Assembly: GCF_001666835.1 (NCBI RefSeq)
Contig: NZ_LZJF01000180.1
Span: 1 to 32,000 of the forward strand
DNA length: 32,000 nt
Source of the DNA: Mycobacterium sp. E3251
GTDB lineage: Bacteria; Actinomycetota; Actinomycetes; Mycobacteriales; Mycobacteriaceae
Direction: 5' to 3'
Of the stretch, positions 26,286 to 32,000 are shown piece by piece (the first letter of the stretch is position 1; each line of letters starts with the position of its first letter). The position numbers and the translations under genes are program-made. Under the pieces are notes generated by a model. It made no database searches. It worked only from the letters and a program-made list of their open reading frames with translations, and was not told where the DNA came from.

Positions 26286-27325
26286 GCGACTACGACGACC
26301 GCGAGCTGTCCCCGGCGCTGGCCGTCGGGGAGGGGGACATCGACGTCAGCCTGCGGCCGCGTTCGCTGCAAGAGTTCATCGGCCAGCCGCGGGTGCGCGA
26401 ACAGCTCCAGCTGGTGATCGAGGGAGCCAAGAACCGCGGTGGGACACCGGATCACATCCTGCTGTCGGGTCCGCCCGGGCTCGGCAAGACGTCGCTGGCC
26501 ATGATCATCGCGGCCGAACTCGGGACGTCGTTGCGGGTGACGTCGGGCCCCGCGCTGGAACGCGCCGGCGACCTGGCCGCCATGCTGTCCAACCTGGTCG
26601 AGCACGACGTGCTGTTCATCGACGAGATCCACCGCATAGCGCGGCCCGCTGAGGAGATGCTGTACCTGGCCATGGAGGACTTTCGGGTCGACGTGGTGGT
26701 GGGCAAGGGTCCCGGCGCGACGTCGATCCCCCTGGAGGTCGCGCCCTTCACCCTGGTCGGCGCCACCACCCGGTCCGGCGCGCTGACCGGCCCGCTGCGC
26801 GACCGGTTCGGCTTCACCGCACACATGGACTTCTACGAGCCCGCCGAGCTCGAGCGGGTGCTGGCCCGCTCCGCCGGGATTCTGGGTATCGAGCTGGGCG
26901 CCGAGGCGGCCGAGGAGATCGCCCGGCGCTCGCGCGGCACGCCGCGCATCGCGAACCGGCTGCTGCGCCGGGTCCGGGACTTCGCCGAGGTCCGCGCCGA
27001 CGGGGTGATCACCCGCGACGTCGCGAAGTCCGCGCTGGCGGTCTACGACGTCGACGAACTCGGCTTGGACCGGTTGGACCGGGCGGTGCTGTCGGCGCTG
27101 ACCCGCAGTTTCGGCGGCGGGCCGGTCGGGGTGTCGACGCTGGCGGTGGCCGTCGGCGAGGAGGCCGCCACCGTCGAGGAGGTGTGCGAGCCGTTCCTGG
27201 TGCGCGCCGGGATGGTGGCCCGCACCCCCCGAGGCCGGGTGGCCACCGCTCAGGCGTGGACCCACCTGGGCATGAGCCCGCCGGCGGGGGCGGCCGGGCT
27301 GGGCCAACCCGGGCTGTTCGACTAA
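26282..27325 (+). CDS. ruvB: Holliday junction DNA helicase RuvB (AAA+).
   Basis: [12 protein letters not shown], Walker [12 protein letters not shown], Walker B LFIDEIHR and [19 protein letters not shown] overlap with ruvA. Confidence 0.97.
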   Translation: MSDYDDRELSPALAVGEGDIDVSLRPRSLQEFIGQPRVREQLQLVIEGAKNRGGTPDHILLSGPPGLGKTSLAMIIAAELGTSLRVTSGPALERAGDLAAMLSNLVEHDVLFIDEIHRIARPAEEMLYLAMEDFRVDVVVGKGPGATSIPLEVAPFTLVGATTRSGALTGPLRDRFGFTAHMDFYEPAELERVLARSAGILGIELGAEAAEEIARRSRGTPRIANRLLRRVRDFAEVRADGVITRDVAKSALAVYDVDELGLDRLDRAVLSALTRSFGGGPVGVSTLAVAVGEEAATVEEVCEPFLVRAGMVARTPRGRVATAQAWTHLGMSPPAGAAGLGQPGLFD

Positions 27326-27560
27326 TTCGCCGCCCTCACCGACCGCCTGGCGAATTGCAGCCAAATCGTGACCTTTGCGGCTGGCCGGCGCGCGTACGGG
27401 CGGCTGCCCGGATCGGGCCTGCTCAGAGCGCCGCCACCGGCGCCGCAGGTACCTCGGCGCAGGGCCGCAGCAAACGGGATGCGCGGCCCGCGGCAGGTTA
27501 TGCGCGGGCGCCGTCGGGTAACCAGGCTCACAACAGCAATACCTGTTGAAGGAGATCCTG

Positions 27561-28241
27561 ATGAGGAACACGCGCTACGACTATGAACGCCCTCGCGCGC
27601 TCTACATGCCGCGCACCCGCGGCGCGCTGACCGGCCTGCTCCTGATCTTGTTGGGCGCCTGGGGCGCATTGGTGCCGTTCTTCGGGCCCAACATCGATTG
27701 GGCGTACATGTCCGACCCGGCTTGGACGTGGACGACGACCAAGGGCTGGCTCGAGGTGCTCCCCGGGGCCGCCACGGCGGTGGGTGGCCTGCTCGTGCTG
27801 TTGTCCGGTAACCGGGCCAGCGCCGTGTTCGGTGGCTGGCTGGCGGTCGCCGGCGGCGCCTGGTTCGTGGTGGGCCGCGCGTTCGCGTCGACCCTGGGCA
27901 TCGGGGACCTCGGTCAACCGGTGGCGTCGACGGACCTGAAACGAGCCCTGTTGGAGATCACCTACTTCACCGGTCTGGGCGCCCTGATCGTGTTCCTGGG
28001 CGGGGCGGCGGTCGCGCGCGTGGCCGTTCGGCACGCGCGCGATGTCGTGGTGAGGGAACCGGCGCCAGTGGCGGCGGACGCCGTGCCTGCGGGTGAGCCC
28101 GCCATGTACGACGAGACTCGCGGCCCGACGCGGGCGCGGGCGGATGCACTGACAGCCGAGCCCGAGCCGCGCGGGCGGGGCCTGTTCGGTCGGCGCGCCG
28201 GTGGCGGTCTTTTCCACCGCCACCACCACGCCGGGGTGTAG
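27561..28241 (+). CDS. Conserved integral membrane protein (4 predicted TM helices), paralogue A.
   Basis: ATG 27561 lies 6 nt after GAAGGAG. Motifs GLLLILLGAWGALVPFFGP, WLEVLPGAATAVGGLLVLL and GGWLAVAGGAWFVVG. It has a disordered charged tail and is a paralogue of 28890..29576. Confidence 0.75.
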   Translation: MRNTRYDYERPRALYMPRTRGALTGLLLILLGAWGALVPFFGPNIDWAYMSDPAWTWTTTKGWLEVLPGAATAVGGLLVLLSGNRASAVFGGWLAVAGGAWFVVGRAFASTLGIGDLGQPVASTDLKRALLEITYFTGLGALIVFLGGAAVARVAVRHARDVVVREPAPVAADAVPAGEPAMYDETRGPTRARADALTAEPEPRGRGLFGRRAGGGLFHRHHHAGV

Positions 28242-28262
28242 GCGGTAACCGGTAACTCGGGA

Positions 28263-28297
28263 GGCGCCGGTAGCCGTTGGCTACCGGCGCCCTTTCG
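28263..28297 (+). terminator. Intrinsic terminator-like hairpin after membrane paralogue A.
   Basis: Perfect 13-bp stem GGCGCCGGTAGCC / GGCTACCGGCGCC with the loop GTT, followed by CTTTCGTG. Confidence 0.65.
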
Positions 28298-28373
28298 TGT
28301 CAGGGCAGTCCCGCCGGCCGCGGGTCGGTAAAGTCTGCCGGGACACGCAGGCCTCGACGAGCGAGGAGGAGCG

Positions 28374-28760
28374 ATGATCGCCGCCGGGTTGGTGTTCGCC
28401 GCATTGGCGGCGTTACTGCACGTGTACATCTTCGTGATGGAATCGTTGACCTGGACTTCGCCGCGGACCCGTGCCACGTTCGGCACGACGGCCGAGGAGG
28501 CCGAGACCACCAAGCTGCTGGCCTTCAACCAAGGTTTCTACAACTTGTTCCTTGCGGTGGTCAGCGGCGCGGGCATTGCCGCAATCGTGTTGCGGCACAA
28601 CGCCGTTGGTGCGGCGCTGATTTTCGCCGGCGTCGGTTCGATGGCGGCGGCCGCGGTGGTGCTGCTCCTGTCCGCGCCGGACAAGGCGCGGGCCGCGGTG
28701 ACGCAGGGCGCCTTTCCGGTGATCGCGATCGTGCTGCTGCTGCTCGGACTTCACCAGTAA
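28374..28760 (+). CDS. DUF1304-family membrane protein.
   Basis: 128 aa. Motifs HVYIFVMESLTW and AFNQGFYNLFLA, with 4 TM helices. GAGGAGGAG lies upstream of the ATG. Confidence 0.78.
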   Translation: MIAAGLVFAALAALLHVYIFVMESLTWTSPRTRATFGTTAEEAETTKLLAFNQGFYNLFLAVVSGAGIAAIVLRHNAVGAALIFAGVGSMAAAAVVLLLSAPDKARAAVTQGAFPVIAIVLLLLGLHQ

Positions 28761-28889
28761 CAGCAGCCTCACCAGCCCCAATGGCCACGGGGGCGGGGTG
28801 GTTTGCGCGCGCCCGATGGGTTACGACTGGAAAACGCCGGGTACCCATCTCCGGCCGGAAATAGGCCCGGTATTTAACGAGGGGATGTC

Positions 28890-29576
28890 ATGAAATACGC
28901 AGAAGACGGCCAAACCCGCGGGCTGAGCATGCCGCGTTCGCGTGGCGCGGTCAGCGGATTGCTCCTGGTCATCTTGGGAGCTTGGGGGGCGTTAATACCG
29001 TTTGTCGGACCGCGCTTCAATTTCGCCTACACACCCGACCGGGAGTGGGCGTGGAGTACGGCTCGTGGGTGGCTCGAGGTCCTGCCGGGAGCCGCGACCG
29101 TGCTGGGCGGTCTGTTGTTGATCGTCGCCGGAAACCGGGTGGCGGCCATGTTGGGCGGTTGGCTGGCGGTGCTGGCCGGCGCCTGGTTCGTCGTCGGTGG
29201 TCAGCTCGCGCCGCTGCTGGGAATCGGCTCCGCCGGCGACCCGGTCGCCGCCACCGATCGCAAGCGTGCGGTGCTCGAGGTCAGCTATTTCTCCGGACTG
29301 GGCGCGTTGATCGTCTTCGTCGGCGGTGTGGTGCTGGCGCGCACGGCCGTGCGGCTGGCGCGTGACGTGCAGCCCGTGCCGCCGGCGGCGGCCGTGTCGG
29401 CGCCGGGCGTCGAGCCCTACCGCGAAGCGGCATACGAGCCCGCCGAGGTGTCCTCGGGCGCGTTGACCAAGCCGCGTTCGGCCGCCGACCCGGAGCCGAA
29501 GCGGGGGTGGCGTCGCCAACGCCCGGCGTCGGGTGCCAACGCCGCGTACCTGCGCTGGCCACACCCACAGCAGTAG
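28890..29576 (+). CDS. Conserved integral membrane protein (4 predicted TM helices), paralogue B.
   Basis: Motifs GLLLVILGAWGALIPFVGP, WLEVLPGAATVLGGLLLIV and GGWLAVLAGAWFVVG. The start is uncertain, and the internal MPRSRGA Met is an alternative. Confidence 0.75.
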   Translation: MKYAEDGQTRGLSMPRSRGAVSGLLLVILGAWGALIPFVGPRFNFAYTPDREWAWSTARGWLEVLPGAATVLGGLLLIVAGNRVAAMLGGWLAVLAGAWFVVGGQLAPLLGIGSAGDPVAATDRKRAVLEVSYFSGLGALIVFVGGVVLARTAVRLARDVQPVPPAAAVSAPGVEPYREAAYEPAEVSSGALTKPRSAADPEPKRGWRRQRPASGANAAYLRWPHPQQ

Positions 29577-29592
29577 CCGATTCACGAGAACG

Positions 29593-29632
29593 GCGATCGC
29601 CCAGTCCGCGACGGACTGGGCGATCGCTGTTT
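29593..29632. terminator. Bidirectional intrinsic terminator between convergent genes.
   Basis: 15-bp perfect stem GCGATCGCCCAGTCC / GGACTGGGCGATCGC with the loop GCGAC, followed by TGTTTTG on the plus strand. Confidence 0.75.
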
Positions 29633-29637
29633 TGCGC

Positions 29638-32000
29638 TTACAGCAGGCCGAGCAACTGCAGGTCGGTGATGTACTTGACGATGATCGGCGCCGAGACATG
29701 CGGAATGTCTTTGTCGGGGCCGATTTTCGCCTCCTGCACCGCGGCGCGGAAGCGATCGGTCGGTGCCATCGATCCGTTGATCGGCTCTGAAGGCTGCTGG
29801 TAGTTGTGCAGCAGCGGCAGCAGCGAGTACTGGCGTTGCCGCTCGGGCAGGCCCCGCATCGTCTGCTCGAACCGGCGCAGCCATTCGCCGTAGTCGGCGA
29901 TCCGCTGGATCCCAAAGCCGGCGTCGATCAGCCAGTCGACGTACTCGTCGAGCCCGATGCCGTCGTCGTACGGGTTCATCACGTGGTACGTCTGGAAGCC
30001 GTCCCCGGTGTCCAGCACCTGCGTCCCCAGCGTGGAGATCGCCGCGGCGATGAATTCGACCGGCAGGCCGTCGTAGTGCGAACGCTGACGGTTGCCCTCG
30101 GCGTCCAGCTCGTAGAACGAACCGGGTGCGACACCGGTCGCCACCAGGCTCAGCATCAGCCGGGTGAACATGTCGGGCAGGTTGAGCTGCCCGGCGTAGG
30201 TGGTGTCGGCCAGGATCATGTCGCACCGGAAGACCGTGACGGGCAGGCCGCACAGGTCGTGCGCCTCCCGCAGCAGCACCTCGCCGGCCCACTTGCTGTT
30301 GCCGTAGCCGTTGGCGTAGTTGTCGTTGATCTCGCGGGTAGCGCTGATCTGCCGGACGTCGGCGTCTTCGACGAACTGGCCCGGCTTGATCTGGTCACCG
30401 ACGCCGATCGTCGAGACGTAGGCGTACGGCTTCAGCTTGGTGGTCAGCGCGATCCGGATCAGTTCGGCGGTACCCAGCGTGTTGGGGCCGAACAGCTCGC
30501 TATACGGCAGGACGTGGTTCACCAGAGCGGCCGGATCGACGATCAGATCGACGGTGTCGGCCAGCCGCTGCCAGGCCGGCTGGTCCAGGCCGAGGTTGGC
30601 CTCGCCCTTGTCGCCGGCGATGACTTCGAGGTGGTCGGCGGCCAATTGCTGATAGTGCGCCACCAACTTCGGGTCGCCGTGCGGTGAGCCCACGCCGAAC
30701 GTCTTGTCCAGCCGGGCGCGCGCCTCGTCGTCGGACTTGGCCCGCACCAGCGCGATCACCTTGCCGTCCACCATGTCCATGCGCTCGAGCCACTCCAGCG
30801 CCAGGTAGCGGCCCAGGAAGCCGGTCGCGCCGGTCAGCAACACCGTTCGCACCTCGGTGGTGGGCCGGGGCAGGCTCGGTGCCGCGGTCAGGGTCTCCGC
30901 CTCGAGGAACTTGTCCAGGGTCAGGTCGCCTGCGTGCACCGTGCCGGCATCGCGTCCGTGGACCGCGGCGAAGGTCGGCCGCTTGGTGCCCTGGCGCTCG
31001 CCCTCGATGTAGCTGGCGATGGCCTGCAGGTCGCTGGCCGGGCTGACGATGACGCCCACCGGGACGTCGATGTCGAAGATCTCGCGCAGCAGGTTCCCAA
31101 ACGTCAACGCCGACAACGAGTCTCCGCCCAGGTCGGTGAAGTGCGCGTCCGGGGTCAGCTCGGTGCTCGCCGTGCCGAGCATGGCCGCGGCGGCCCGGCT
31201 CACCGTCTGCAGCACCGGCGCGTTCGCGCCGTTGCGGCGCAATTCGGCAAGCTCGTTGGCCTGCCCCTGGGCCAGCTCGGCGTAGAGCTGCTCGAGCCGC
31301 TCGCCGTAATGCTGCTTCAGCTTCGGCCACGCCAGCTTGCGGATCCCGGTCAGCAGACCGTTCTCCAGGCTGAACGGGGTGGTCTCGATGATGAAGTCGC
31401 GCGGCACCTCGTAGGACTGCAGGCCCGCCTGACGTGCGACGGCCTGCAACGAGTCGGCGATCTTTCCCTTGAGCGTCTCGAGGTCCCCCGAGGCCAGCGC
31501 TTCTTCGGTGGGCACCACGACGGCCAGCAGGTAGGGCTGGGCGCTGTTGCCGTAGACGTAGATCTGGCGCACCAGCGGGCTGTTGCCGAACTCGGCCTCC
31601 AGCTTGGCCAGGGTCACGAACTCGCCCTGCGCCAGCTTCAACACGTTGTTGCGGCGGTCGACGTACACCAGCTTGTCCGGCGCGATCTCGGCGAACACGT
31701 CGCCGGTCCGGTAGTAGCCGTCTTCGTCGAACACGTTCGCGGTGGTCTCGGCCCGCTTGTAGTAGCCGGGGAACATGTTCTCGGTGCGCAGCAACAGCTC
31801 GCCGCGCGGGTGCGGCCGGTCGGTGCTGAAGTAGCCCAGGTCCGGCACGTCGACGAGCTTGTAGTCGATCACCGGCGGGCGCTGAATCTCGCCGTCGAAC
31901 AGCACCATCCCGGCTTCGGTCGAGCCGTAGCCGTCCATCAGGTGCATCTCGAGCAGCGACTCGACCCAGGTGCGCAACTCCGGCGAGGTCGGGGCCGAGC
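29638..32000 (-). CDS. fadD9: Carboxylic acid reductase / fatty-acid-AMP ligase FadD9 (partial; the N-terminus lies beyond the right edge of the window).
   Basis: Adenylation-domain end ([14 protein letters not shown]), carrier-domain motif LGGDSLSAL, and terminal reductase domain ([26 protein letters not shown]). The reading frame stays open to position 32000. Confidence 0.93.
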   Translation of the reverse strand, partial: SAPTSPELRTWVESLLEMHLMDGYGSTEAGMVLFDGEIQRPPVIDYKLVDVPDLGYFSTDRPHPRGELLLRTENMFPGYYKRAETTANVFDEDGYYRTGDVFAEIAPDKLVYVDRRNNVLKLAQGEFVTLAKLEAEFGNSPLVRQIYVYGNSAQPYLLAVVVPTEEALASGDLETLKGKIADSLQAVARQAGLQSYEVPRDFIIETTPFSLENGLLTGIRKLAWPKLKQHYGERLEQLYAELAQGQANELAELRRNGANAPVLQTVSRAAAAMLGTASTELTPDAHFTDLGGDSLSALTFGNLLREIFDIDVPVGVIVSPASDLQAIASYIEGERQGTKRPTFAAVHGRDAGTVHAGDLTLDKFLEAETLTAAPSLPRPTTEVRTVLLTGATGFLGRYLALEWLERMDMVDGKVIALVRAKSDDEARARLDKTFGVGSPHGDPKLVAHYQQLAADHLEVIAGDKGEANLGLDQPAWQRLADTVDLIVDPAALVNHVLPYSELFGPNTLGTAELIRIALTTKLKPYAYVSTIGVGDQIKPGQFVEDADVRQISATREINDNYANGYGNSKWAGEVLLREAHDLCGLPVTVFRCDMILADTTYAGQLNLPDMFTRLMLSLVATGVAPGSFYELDAEGNRQRSHYDGLPVEFIAAAISTLGTQVLDTGDGFQTYHVMNPYDDGIGLDEYVDWLIDAGFGIQRIADYGEWLRRFEQTMRGLPERQRQYSLLPLLHNYQQPSEPINGSMAPTDRFRAAVQEAKIGPDKDIPHVSAPIIVKYITDLQLLGLL

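Noticed and set aside
27326-27560. Possible riboswitch or sRNA in the 235-bp region downstream of ruvB, including the 8-bp stem AATTCGCC...GGCGAATT at 27324..27356.
   Set aside because: I recognise no known riboswitch core. The stems found are the size expected by chance in GC-rich sequence and lack a U-tract. A covariance search, which I cannot run, would be needed.
25760-27571. 603-aa minus-strand ORF.
   Set aside because: It is antisense to the unmistakable ruvA and ruvB genes. Its composition is low-complexity and Arg/Pro/Gly-rich, with no recognisable motifs.
1-32000. Window-wide look for tRNA/rRNA genes, CRISPR arrays, transposases/IS ends, integrases and phage genes.
   Set aside because: No evenly spaced direct repeats, no tRNA-like T-arm motifs and no transposase-like or integrase-like ORFs were seen. 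The only long repeat is the 77-bp inverted repeat at the left edge.

Overview
This is a strongly GC-rich mycobacterial chromosomal segment. From memory, gene content and order follow the M. tuberculosis Rv2625c/Rv2621c ... thrS (Rv2614c) ... fadD9 (Rv2590) region. The sequence resembles a slow-growing non-tuberculous Mycobacterium such as the M. avium complex, but the species cannot be proven from this window. I support 36 protein-coding genes and find no rRNA, tRNA, CRISPR array, transposase or prophage. Conserved blocks are: (1) fdxA, a Cys-containing wHTH regulator, a membrane protein, a cupin and a nitronate monooxygenase; (2) DUF1990, an aldo-keto reductase, a thioesterase and a PrpD-family protein; (3) the tightly coupled thrS-HIT-pgsA1-patA-pimA-Nudix (PIM biosynthesis) operon; (4) a PPE plus PE-hydrolase pair; (5) pdxS-tesB2-pdxT; (6) yebC; (7) a minus-strand block made of a lineage-specific two-gene cassette and the five-gene DUF4178/DUF2617/DUF4247/DUF350/speE operon; (8) LexA-boxed ruvCAB; (9) two paralogous membrane proteins flanking a DUF1304 protein; (10) the 3' two-thirds of a carboxylic acid reductase. 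The most unusual signal is at the left edge. A perfect 77-bp inverted repeat (1..77 vs 228..304) brackets an in-frame 150-bp segment inside a CBS/site-2-protease-type gene, and that segment sits in the flipped orientation relative to the CBS coding region. It may be an intragenic invertible element, an inverted duplication or a fold-back assembly artefact. Other items worth a second look are a MIRU-like intergenic unit with a translational-coupling mini-ORF, the uncharacterised polyamine-linked membrane operon, and several structured or palindromic intergenic elements. All family assignments come from reading the translated ORFs and from memory of mycobacterial annotation. No database search was run.
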